A DNA stretch of 64,000 nt, from the NCBI GenBank assembly GCA_033580815.1, contig JAVQUC010000002.1, forward strand, positions 91,150 to 155,149, written 5' to 3'. Numbering within the stretch: position 1 is the stretch's first letter; each line of letters opens with the position of its first letter. The stretch comes from Candidatus Caldarchaeum sp. (GTDB taxonomy: Archaea > Thermoproteota > Nitrososphaeria_A > Caldarchaeales > Caldarchaeaceae). Below are positions 9,479 through 18,400 of the stretch, piece by piece. A program made the translations under genes and the position numbers. The notes under the pieces were generated by a model, which saw only the letters and a list, made by a program, of their open reading frames with translations, was not told where the DNA came from and searched no databases.

Positions 9479-10411
9479 ATGACATGGTCGGGGGTTAGTT
9501 TGGAATCCGGTCGGGTCGTTGTGGTTGGAGATATTAACCTAGATATCATAGCTTTCCATCCTGAGTTTCCGTCAGAGGGTGGTGAAGAGCTTGCCCGAAA
9601 GGCATTCATCAGACACGGAGGTTCGGCGGCCAACGTAGCCCATGCTTTGGCGATGCTTCGCGCTGGGGTTTCGATGGTTGGCTGCGTGGGCGACGACCTG
9701 TTTGGGTCGATACTGGTGGATGGACTCGCTAAAGCCGGCGTGGAAGTCTCAAGTATACAGAAGACAGACAAGGACGTCACCGGAATCGTCTACATCGTCG
9801 TGACAAAGGCCGGCGAAAGAACGATGCTTGCCTACCGTGGAGCCAACACTCAACTCTCACAATCTCAAATTGACAAAGGTTTGATCCAAGGAGCTGATGC
9901 TGTACATTTTTCGGGATATAGTTTTCTCGAGGGGCAGCAGAGAAGGACGGCGTTATGGATTCTTGAACAAATCAGCGATAAGACATGTATCAAGACAGCC
10001 GACATGTGCATACCGCTTGCAAAACGAACAAAAAACATCAAGAAGATTCTTAAGCAGTTTGATTTTGTTTTCATCAACGTTCAAGAATTTGGAATCATTG
10101 CTCGAATCGAAAGGATACATTCGGTAAAAAAATTAGCGTCGGTTTGGGGCTGTGGGATTGTGTTAAAAATGGGAAGGAAGGGATGTATGATTGTTACAGA
10201 CAAGGGGGAAGTTGTCAAGGTTAAAGCGAAAAGGGTGAAGCCGGTCGACACAACCGGCGCTGGTGATGCCTTCGCCGCCGGATTCATCCACGAATTGATG
10301 CAGGGTTCTCCTTTGGAGAAATGCGGGAGGAAGGCCGTTGAGCTGGGAGCATTAGCCTCGACCACCGTCGGAGGAAGGCTATGTAAAGTATTTCTACCAC
10401 GACGGAAATGA
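9479..10411 (+). CDS. PfkB-family sugar/nucleoside/pentose-phosphate kinase (specificity unknown)
   Basis: VVVVGDINLDI N-terminus, GGSAANVA, C-terminal DTTGAGDAFAAGF. It lacks the ribokinase GGKGxNQA, NPAPA and TPNE motifs seen in 6394-7323. The start codon is uncertain. Confidence 0.8.
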   Translation: MTWSGVSLESGRVVVVGDINLDIIAFHPEFPSEGGEELARKAFIRHGGSAANVAHALAMLRAGVSMVGCVGDDLFGSILVDGLAKAGVEVSSIQKTDKDVTGIVYIVVTKAGERTMLAYRGANTQLSQSQIDKGLIQGADAVHFSGYSFLEGQQRRTALWILEQISDKTCIKTADMCIPLAKRTKNIKKILKQFDFVFINVQEFGIIARIERIHSVKKLASVWGCGIVLKMGRKGCMIVTDKGEVVKVKAKRVKPVDTTGAGDAFAAGFIHELMQGSPLEKCGRKAVELGALASTTVGGRLCKVFLPRRK

Positions 10412-10417
10412 CGGACC

Positions 10418-11257
10418 ATGCCTCAACCACTTTTACCGATGAAACCAAACGCATTGAAAGAACTTTTCAAAAACCCCAAACCAATCATCGCGATGATACA
10501 TCTTCCACCTTTGCCCGGCTCACCCCGCTACGATGGAACAGCCATCGAAGACATAATCGAATACGCCCTCCGCGACGCAGAAATCCTGAAAAGCGGTGAA
10601 GTAGACGGCCTGCAGGTCGAAAACATCGGAGACTACCCATACTTGAAACCGGATGACATAGGCCATGAAACCAGCGCCATTCTTGCGGTCGTCGCGAGGG
10701 AGGTGAGAAAGTCTACCGGCCTACCCGTCGGCATATGCTGTCTCGCCAACGGCGTCATACCGGCCATGGCGGCCTGCGTCGCGTCGGGTGGAAAATGGGT
10801 GCGGGCAGCTGAATGGGCCAACGCCTACATAGCGGACGAAGGATTCGTCGAAGCAATAGCTCATAAAGCCCTTCGATATCGTGCAAACATCCGAGCTTAC
10901 GATGTGAAAGTTTTCGCCGACGTCCACGTCAAGCACGGAAGCCACTTCATCATCAGCGACAGGCCTTTCGAAGAACAGGTTTCCGACGTAGAGTTCTTCG
11001 ACGCGGACGCGATAATCGTTTCTGGAACACGCACAGGAGCTGAAACACCCCTAGAACGCGTCGTGAAGGCAAAACAAGCCACATCCCTTCCCGTTATGAT
11101 TGGAAGCGGCCTCAACCCGTCCAACGCTGTCCAACTCCTACAAGTAGCCGACGCAGCCATCGTTGGGTCATACATGAGAAGAGATGGAAAGTTCTGGAAT
11201 CCAGTCGAACCCGAGAGAGTGAAAGCCTTGATGGCGGTCGTTAAGAAGCTTCGGTGA
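10418..11257 (+). CDS. BtpA/SgcQ-family TIM-barrel protein, paralog 2 (function unknown)
   Basis: 279 aa with AMIHLPPLPGSP, VENIGDYP, VKHGSH, VSGTRTGAETP, GSGLNPSNA. It starts 6 nt after the PfkB kinase stop. Confidence 0.8.
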   Translation: MPQPLLPMKPNALKELFKNPKPIIAMIHLPPLPGSPRYDGTAIEDIIEYALRDAEILKSGEVDGLQVENIGDYPYLKPDDIGHETSAILAVVAREVRKSTGLPVGICCLANGVIPAMAACVASGGKWVRAAEWANAYIADEGFVEAIAHKALRYRANIRAYDVKVFADVHVKHGSHFIISDRPFEEQVSDVEFFDADAIIVSGTRTGAETPLERVVKAKQATSLPVMIGSGLNPSNAVQLLQVADAAIVGSYMRRDGKFWNPVEPERVKALMAVVKKLR

Positions 11258-11333
11258 AGAGATGTTCACAGACTCGGCGTGCATGGGTCGGCCTCGATAA
11301 AGCTTATAAGTATTGTTTGAGATGTACTTGTCG

Positions 11334-12830
11334 ATGAACGCAAAAGGTTTAACAAGAACCGAAGCCGTTTTGGCAGTTCTTCTCGTTGTCGCTGTCGTGA
11401 TTGCCGGTGTTGGTTGGGTTCAACAGCCGCAAGTTGTCACACAGGAAAAAACCATAACCGTGACATCAACCGTGGGGGGCATGGGAGTACAGACTGTGAC
11501 GACAACGCAGGTGCGCACGGCAACAGTCACGGTCGAACGACCCATTGCGCCTGGCAAGGTCAAGATCGCCGTTGTATCAGACATTGGTGGTAGAGGAGAC
11601 CTCTCGTTCAACGACATGGCTTTCAAAGGCGGTGACGAAGCGGAGAAAGATTTCGGCGTCGTCATGGTTGAGTTGATAAGCAAGACCGAGGCGGACTATG
11701 TTCCAAACCTCGAAACCGCTGCGAGAGACCCCGACGTTAAGTTAATCGTAGGCGTCGGGTTCCTACTGAGCGAAGCTTTACTCGAAGTCGCCAAAAGATA
11801 TCCTGAGAAAAATTTTGCAGGCATAGACACGTTTACACAAGCCCTCGCAGTCAACCAGTTGGGAAAACCTCTCCCCAACATGATCGACATAGTATATGAA
11901 GAACACAAGGGAAGCGCCATGGTCGGGGCCCTAGGCTGTCTGGTCGCTGCATACCACAACGAAAAAGGCGGAAACTATCCATACATCGGAGGAGTTTTCG
12001 GAATCGAAATACCAGTTCTCTGGAAGTTCGAAATAGGGTACAAATGGGGTTGCGACTGGGGGTTGAAATGGTACGAGCAGAGGTTTGGAAAAAGAGCACC
12101 CATCATCGGAGGAGACGGCAGGTACGGCTCGGGCCCCGGCTGGAGAGATGGGCTCTACTGCCCAGAGGCAGGGAAGTGCTGGTACAAAGGCCGCGTCCTA
12201 TGGACTTACACCGGGACGTTTAGCGACATAACCAAGGGCTATGCCGCGGCGAAGCCCATGTACGAACAAGGCGCCGTGGCTGTTTACAACATAGCCGGGC
12301 CGCTCGGCTTGGGAATAAACCAAGCCGTTCAGGAACTTGCTACCGAGAAAAGGCTGACAAGCGGTCCACCGTACTGGATCGGCGTCGACGCAAACCAAGA
12401 CTGGATTAATCCCGGGTTCATCATCGCCAGCATGATGAAACGTGTCGACAGAGGAGTTTACTACGCAACGCTTCTAACCGTGATTGGAAAATTCAGGGAA
12501 GTCGCCGCCGAATCAAACGGAGTGCTGACGCTGGGCATCGGAACGAAGGTCGGCAGACTGGCTATGGAGGGGATTTCTGTCAGCACTCTAGCAGACCTCG
12601 ACGAATTCATACAGATGGGCGTAGAAGCCGAAAAGCTGACTGGTAAGAAAGTGCTCCCCATGTCGCCGGCCGAAATAAGGCAGAAAGTGGCTGAGATGCG
12701 TCAAAGCCTGCCTTCGTGGGTATGGGATGCTCTGACAGAGCTGGAGTCCAAGATAAGGAGCGGCGAAGCGGACGTCCCGATGGTGATTACTAAAGAGGCT
12801 GTGGACCGCTGGCGCGAGCTTCTCGGTTAA
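11334..12830 (+). CDS. BMP-family (PnrA-like) ABC substrate-binding protein, membrane-anchored
   Basis: N-terminal TM helix, a Thr/Val-rich stalk (VTVTSTVGGMGVQTVTTTQVRTATVTV), then KIAVVSDIGGRGDLSFNDMAFKG, typical of BMP nucleoside-binding proteins. ATG 11334 lies about 27 nt after the CTTATAAG box; the ORF track starts at TTG 11313. Confidence 0.85.
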   Translation: MNAKGLTRTEAVLAVLLVVAVVIAGVGWVQQPQVVTQEKTITVTSTVGGMGVQTVTTTQVRTATVTVERPIAPGKVKIAVVSDIGGRGDLSFNDMAFKGGDEAEKDFGVVMVELISKTEADYVPNLETAARDPDVKLIVGVGFLLSEALLEVAKRYPEKNFAGIDTFTQALAVNQLGKPLPNMIDIVYEEHKGSAMVGALGCLVAAYHNEKGGNYPYIGGVFGIEIPVLWKFEIGYKWGCDWGLKWYEQRFGKRAPIIGGDGRYGSGPGWRDGLYCPEAGKCWYKGRVLWTYTGTFSDITKGYAAAKPMYEQGAVAVYNIAGPLGLGINQAVQELATEKRLTSGPPYWIGVDANQDWINPGFIIASMMKRVDRGVYYATLLTVIGKFREVAAESNGVLTLGIGTKVGRLAMEGISVSTLADLDEFIQMGVEAEKLTGKKVLPMSPAEIRQKVAEMRQSLPSWVWDALTELESKIRSGEADVPMVITKEAVDRWRELLG

Positions 12831-12849
12831 ACATCCATATTTTTTCGTC

Positions 12850-13932
12850 ATGACTAAAATCTTAATTCATTCTCCAGAAGCCGGTAGGAAGATTCTCCGG
12901 AAGACGGCCGAGTCGGTGCTAGCGGCCTTGCTTGGGCTTTTGGGCGGAGCTTTCCTCATGGCGCTTTACGGATACGACGTGATCGTAGCCTACACAGCCC
13001 TCTTTTCAGGTGCGTTCGGCGACATTTCGGGACTTCTCGAAACCCTTGCCTTCGCAACCCCGCTCATCATGACTGCCATGACCTTCGGGGTCGGAGTCAG
13101 GTCAGGACTCTTCAACATCGGCGCTGAAGGGCAAATGTACTTAGGCGCCATCGGAGCGGTTTTTGTCGGAGGCTTCTTCACACTTCCCCCCGTGATACAC
13201 GTGGTTGTCGCCACGGTTTTCGCCATGCTTTTGGCAGCTCTCTGGAGCATGCCGGTCGCCTTTCTAAAAATAACCCGTGGTGTTCATGAAGTTGTTTCAA
13301 CCATAATGCTAAACTGGGTCGCCTTCTGGCTCGTCACTTATCTCATAACCTACCAGCTGGCCGACCCCACAAGAGCTGAAAGAGCCATGCCGGCAATGGA
13401 AACAGCTAGATACGGTGTAATCGGGGCTTCCCTCACCACCGTTTTCCCTGTCGTAATCGCCATCGCGTTGGTGATTTATTTCATCATGTGGAGGACCACT
13501 CTAGGCTACGAGCTGAGAGTCGTGGGCCACAACCCCGACGCAGCCAGATACGCTGGAATAAGCATCGCCAAGTCTACTGTGATGAGCTTTCTGATAGGTG
13601 GAGTGCTCGCGGGGATGGCCGGCGCCTCGCAGGTTTTGGGCAGGCCTCCTCACTGGACTGTTTTCGCAACGATGGGTAACCTGATTAACCTCGGTTTCGA
13701 GGGAATAGGTGTGTCGCTTATCGGCCGCAACCATCCAATAGGAATAATTTTTGCCGGCATTTTCTACGGAGGGTTGCTTCACGGAGGAAGGTTCATGGAA
13801 TTTCAAGCCGGCGTCTCTTCGGAGCTCGTCAGAGCCATCAACGGCATCATAATTCTAGCCCTCGCTTTGCCGAGCTTACTCGAGATATTCGGCAAATTGT
13901 TACGTAGAAGAAGGGAGGAGGGCCGTGTTTAA
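12850..13932 (+). CDS. ABC transporter permease (BMP/nucleoside type)
   Basis: 360 aa polytopic protein. NIGAEGQMYLGA is typical of the RbsC/YufP-like permease family. It lies immediately downstream of the BMP binding protein. Confidence 0.85.
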   Translation: MTKILIHSPEAGRKILRKTAESVLAALLGLLGGAFLMALYGYDVIVAYTALFSGAFGDISGLLETLAFATPLIMTAMTFGVGVRSGLFNIGAEGQMYLGAIGAVFVGGFFTLPPVIHVVVATVFAMLLAALWSMPVAFLKITRGVHEVVSTIMLNWVAFWLVTYLITYQLADPTRAERAMPAMETARYGVIGASLTTVFPVVIAIALVIYFIMWRTTLGYELRVVGHNPDAARYAGISIAKSTVMSFLIGGVLAGMAGASQVLGRPPHWTVFATMGNLINLGFEGIGVSLIGRNHPIGIIFAGIFYGGLLHGGRFMEFQAGVSSELVRAINGIIILALALPSLLEIFGKLLRRRREEGRV

Positions 13933-14929
13933 GAGGGTTGGTTCGCGGACCAGATTTCTCGGAGTCTTAGTGGGCTTCGCGGCGATAGCCGCTGTTCTCT
14001 ACGTTTTCCAGCTGATTGGCCTGCGGCCGGCTAGGCTTGTGGAGACGGCGCTTCTCGCAATGACTCCGCTGGCCTTGGCTGCGGTTGGAGAATGCATCAA
14101 TGAGAAATCGGGACAGATAAACATAGGGATAGAGGGGATTTTTTTGATCTCAGCCGTGGCCGGTGTTTATTGGGCTGAAGTCCTTAACTCGGGCCTTCTC
14201 GGAATCATCGCCGGCGGGCTTTTCGGCGCTTTCCTCGGCGCCATCCTCGGCCTTCTCAACACGTATGGAAGAGCGGAGCAAATTATCGCGGGTATGGCCC
14301 TCAACATCATGGGCTCAGGTCTTTTCCAATACCTACTTATGGCTATATGGGCCTTCCCGGGCATCCACATCTTTCCCAGACAGCTCGTGGTCCCGCGCGT
14401 CTCCATCCCATTTCCAGGAGGTGAGCTGGCCGTAAGCCCGATTACGCTAACTGCCATCGCTGCAGCCATCCTAGCAACGCTGTTTCTCTACCGTACGTTG
14501 TTGGGTCTGAGAATCAGGGCTGCGGGTGAGAAACCGGAATCGGTTGACGTGGCCGGCCACAGCGTAATCGGCACGAGGCTTCTCGCCAGCATCATCGGAG
14601 GATTTCTAGCCGGTTTAGGAGGTGCTTTCATGCCGTTAGGCTGGTTCGGCGGCCTCGTTAAGGAAATCACAGCCGGCCGTGGGTTTATCGCGTTGGCCGC
14701 GGTTGTTTTCGCGGGCCTCAACCCGGTCACGGCGTTGGCCGCGACCTTCATCTTCGGGTTCGCCGAAGGCGTTGCTTTCACGGTCGTCGTAACCCCTGGT
14801 GTCAAGGAAGCAGTCCCATTCCACTTCATCCAGATGACACCGTACCTGCTAACGGTGGCCATCCTCGCCGCCTTCACGGCGTCACGTAGGTTCCCGAAGG
14901 CTCTGGGTAAACCCTACGTTAGGGAATAA
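13925..14929 (+). CDS. ABC transporter permease (BMP/nucleoside type), second subunit
   Basis: 334 aa polytopic protein with NIGIEGIFLISA. It overlaps the preceding permease gene by 8 nt. Confidence 0.85.
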   Translation: MFKRVGSRTRFLGVLVGFAAIAAVLYVFQLIGLRPARLVETALLAMTPLALAAVGECINEKSGQINIGIEGIFLISAVAGVYWAEVLNSGLLGIIAGGLFGAFLGAILGLLNTYGRAEQIIAGMALNIMGSGLFQYLLMAIWAFPGIHIFPRQLVVPRVSIPFPGGELAVSPITLTAIAAAILATLFLYRTLLGLRIRAAGEKPESVDVAGHSVIGTRLLASIIGGFLAGLGGAFMPLGWFGGLVKEITAGRGFIALAAVVFAGLNPVTALAATFIFGFAEGVAFTVVVTPGVKEAVPFHFIQMTPYLLTVAILAAFTASRRFPKALGKPYVRE

Positions 14930-15474
14930 GCCGTTTCAGCGTCTGCTGCTACGAACTTGGCGAGTAAAGACGCTCTGTCCAGCCTTAGGAGATGAAGAAG
15001 CGCGGCTAGTGTTTTCTTCAGTTCTTCCCTGGGCGGGTCTATGTTTTCGAGAGCGGGCAGTAGGTGAGTGTTCAAAAACCTCAACAAATTTTTCTCGTAC
15101 ATTATCGAATTCCCATTTTTGAATCTTTTCATGTTGTATGCGTCGACTGCTAGCCTCGCCGCGAAAGCCGTCATGTTCAAAAGCCTGTCCGGTGAACTGG
15201 GTGGGATGTAGCCGCATTTTTCGATGAACGATTTTATGTGGCTTGGAAGATACTGACGCGACGTAGCGGGAAGGTCTTTTCGAAGGTCGGTTGCCGACAG
15301 GTTAGTTAAATATTCAGCCGACAGGTCGTCGACATAAGTCAATTTCACGCCCAAGCTTTCGAAAAAGACCTTCACCTCCGTAGGCGGTTCTGTCTTCTCA
15401 GCGAAACTTTTCAGTAGGAGGTGGAGCGAAACGTATAGGTTGGCTCTCTGGAAATCGCTATCCAATGACGTCAC
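14914..15474 (-). CDS. TorD/DmsD/NarJ-like redox-enzyme maturation chaperone (candidate)
   Basis: All-helical, about 186 aa. RANLYVSLHLLLKSFAEKTEPP resembles the TorD-family N-terminal R..lY..La..f..pp. PDRLLNMTAFAARLA resembles the E-P-D-H-L block, and FLNTHLLPAL resembles the family's C-terminal block. GTG 15474-15472 overlaps the TGA of the Mo-enzyme gene. The 36-codon upstream extension in the ORF track lies inside that gene. Confidence 0.5.
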   Translation of the reverse strand: MTSLDSDFQRANLYVSLHLLLKSFAEKTEPPTEVKVFFESLGVKLTYVDDLSAEYLTNLSATDLRKDLPATSRQYLPSHIKSFIEKCGYIPPSSPDRLLNMTAFAARLAVDAYNMKRFKNGNSIMYEKNLLRFLNTHLLPALENIDPPREELKKTLAALLHLLRLDRASLLAKFVAADAETAYSLT

Positions 15475-18400
15475 CACACGACATGGTGATCTGGTAATTT
15501 CTTGGTCTTTCCTGTTTTGACGATTTTCACAGGGTTGCTGTAGTACGATTGTCCCGCGCCAAGCCACGTCAGCATCGGCCATTCACCGAGGGATTCATCG
15601 GCCATCTGTATTGGGTTGGTGGTTACACCGTTAAAGCGCCATTCGTCGACCGCCAACCCCTTTTCATAGTAATCGGAGGGCCTATGAGTGAACAGGATCT
15701 GCTTGACCAGAGTAGGTAGGTTTCTAACTGGGTTTACCGCTTCCTCTGGAATGCTGACCTGTTCCGGCAGCGCCTCGAGTGCTTCACCGCCTTTCTTCAT
15801 CTTGACGTATTTCGGCTTGACCACAAGCGTCTCAACCCAACGGCCCATCCCGTAGGGAACCGCGACAACACCCCTTGCAATCGAAGTCGTAACGACCGCC
15901 GGCGCCTCGACAGACCCATACGGGCTCTCCACAGACACTACGTCACCGGTTTCAATTCCAAGACGAGTTGCATCCTCCTTGTTTATCAAAACGAAGTTTT
16001 CTGGCAATATGGTCTTCAGCCAATAATAGTTTCCGCTTCGGTGCTTTGTGTAAAGCGGCCCTGACTCGAAAACGAGCATGAACGGATATTCGTCCTCTGG
16101 GTATATTTCTCTAAGCGGTGTTCCCGCGAAAGACAACGTCTTCGTTGATCGTCCGACGGGGGCGTAAGTCGCCGGCTCGAAGTAGGCTGGGCCTCCCCAG
16201 AATTTCTTCCCCGTTACACTGTTCCGTGTTTTCGCGAGTTTTTCGTTCCAGATCAAAAGCACCCCAGTGCCGGGAACACTCCTTTTGGAGAACCCTTTCT
16301 CGTTGAAAGATTCTTCGTATTTGGTGAAGACCCCTCCCCGTGCTAGGCAGTAGGCCGCTTGTCTCCATTCGTCTTCGGGAAGAACGTTTTTGAATTTTGC
16401 GATGAGATAGTTTTCCTCTACGAATTTTACATCTTCTTCCGGAATTTCCTTCGGCACGATGCCGCGTTCGACGGCGCTCGCTCCACCGTTGGCGTACACA
16501 CGCATGATGTAGTCCCAAAAGCTGTGCAGGGGGAACCACTTGCCTTCGTGTTTACGGTCTTTGACGCCGGGGATGGCCTTGTCTCCAAACCCGGCCGCTT
16601 TCAAAGCTTTGCCGACGTCAATGAAGAACTCCCAGAATGAGGCGTAGCGTGGTTTCCCGTCCGGGCTGTCGCCTATTCGCTCGGTCAAAGGCATTATGGC
16701 CGGTGTTCGCCAAGACTCGGCCACAAACCTACCCATTCCCCCTCCGTACAGGAAATGAACGCCACTCGTCCCTGTTTCGAGGTACGTCGTGTCGGGCACC
16801 AAGTAATCTGCGTAGAGGTATGTTTCGTTTATCGTGGTCGTTATTCCGATGAACAATGGGAGCTTCTTTGTGTCGCGCAGCACTTCGACGAACTTTAGCC
16901 CATTGTTGCTGGCGATGACTGGATTTGCGAAATAGAGGATGAGGACTTTTATCGGGTATGGGTATGCGAGGTCTATGCCGGCGAACAGCTCCGTGTAGCT
17001 TTCTTCGGGTGAAAGAGGATACCAAGGCCTTTTCGCAGGGTAGGGGTTTTCACCGCGTTTCACCTTCCGGTGGTACATGATTGTCTTCTCGTATTCGACG
17101 GCGTGTCTGTCGATGGGCGGCCCCCACCGTAGAGGCTCCCCAAACCCGCTTGCGCTACAGTTGTACAGGTAGTTGTTGTACGCGGTTAAGGATGGTCGGC
17201 CTAGGATTCCGCCGATTCGGTGGTAGTTGCCGACGAGGATGTCGAGGCAGCGGAGCGCCCAGACCGTGTATTCGCCGTTGGGATGCATCGCAACTCCTCT
17301 GTGAATGTAGGTTGAAGCCCGTGGAGCTGCTTCGCCGAAATCTTTCGCGATTTGGGCTATCGTTTCCGCGTCGACTCCGCAGATGTTCCCCCATTCCTCT
17401 ACGGTCTTGCTGAAGGCCGTCTCCTTCAGAATGCTGAAAGCTGTTTTGACGAGGACTTCCTCACCGTTTGCAAGCTTTATTTTGCCAGCGAACTCAAGCT
17501 CCGCTTTGTCAACCGCTTCGTTGACGACGAACTCGTCTCCCGACTTGACGATGGGCTTTCCGTCCTTTCCGACGCCGAGCATGGTGTCGGTGACGTGGGA
17601 GCCAAACAAGCTGTGGCCTTCTTCCATTACGACCAGCCAGGTGGCGTTGCTGTGGTACGGGTATCCGATTTTTTCCGCTGCTTTCTTGGACGGTGCCTCT
17701 AGGAACTCCCTGTTAATCCAGTTGTTTTTGATGAGGAGTTGAAGGAGGGCCATAGCGAGGGCGGCGTCTGTTCCTGGCTTAATGGGAACCCAGACGATGT
17801 TCTTGTTGGCTGAAACCCTCGGCGCAAGAGGGTTGACGTAGTAGACCTTCAACTCTCCATTGGCCGCTTTCTCGACCAGAGCGCCCTGCCCTGTCGCGCC
17901 CGGATGGAGCCTGCCGAGAGCTGCACCAGCCATGATAACGACCTTGGCTCCCATGAAGTCGGCGTTGATGTCGTAAAACCCGGACCAGAGGTAATTTCCT
18001 GCGTAGAAGGCGAGTTGGCATGATGAGGTGTGTCTCATCCAGTTGACGCTACCTATAGCCCTCACGAAACGGTTGGCGAAGGTGTCGGCGTTATCCTGCC
18101 CACGGCCCCTCATGTAGACTAGCATGTTTGCCTTCGTTCCGAGGTCTGGGTTGTCTGGATCGACCAAAACATCCTCAAGCTTTACACCTTTTTCACCGAG
18201 GGTCTTCGCCCACTTCTCCTTGAAATCGTTCACAAGAGCTTCAAGCTGTTCCACCGTCACGTTCTTGTCGGCCGCTTTCTTGACTAGTTCGTCGACATCC
18301 TTTTTGATGTTGGTCAAAATTTCTCCCGGGTTCTCAAACCCTGCGTCACGGAGCCTACCAAAAACATAGACTTCGCGGATGCCGGGCAGTCTTTCGCCGG

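Noticed and set aside
9352-9780. 142-aa minus-strand ORF overlapping the cdd start and the PfkB kinase
   Set aside because: It overlaps two well-supported genes and the divergent promoter region. The sequence is Ser/Pro/Thr-rich with no recognisable domain.
14914-15582. Full 222-codon form of the TorD-like ORF; likewise the long forms 44799-47216, 59818-60411, 63195-63827, 39093-39746 and 55933-56862
   Set aside because: The N-terminal extensions overlap the 3' or 5' ends of neighbouring well-supported genes in another frame and look non-protein-like (Arg/His/Ser-rich). Internal starts with ATGA/GTGA coupling or a correctly spaced TATA box are more plausible.
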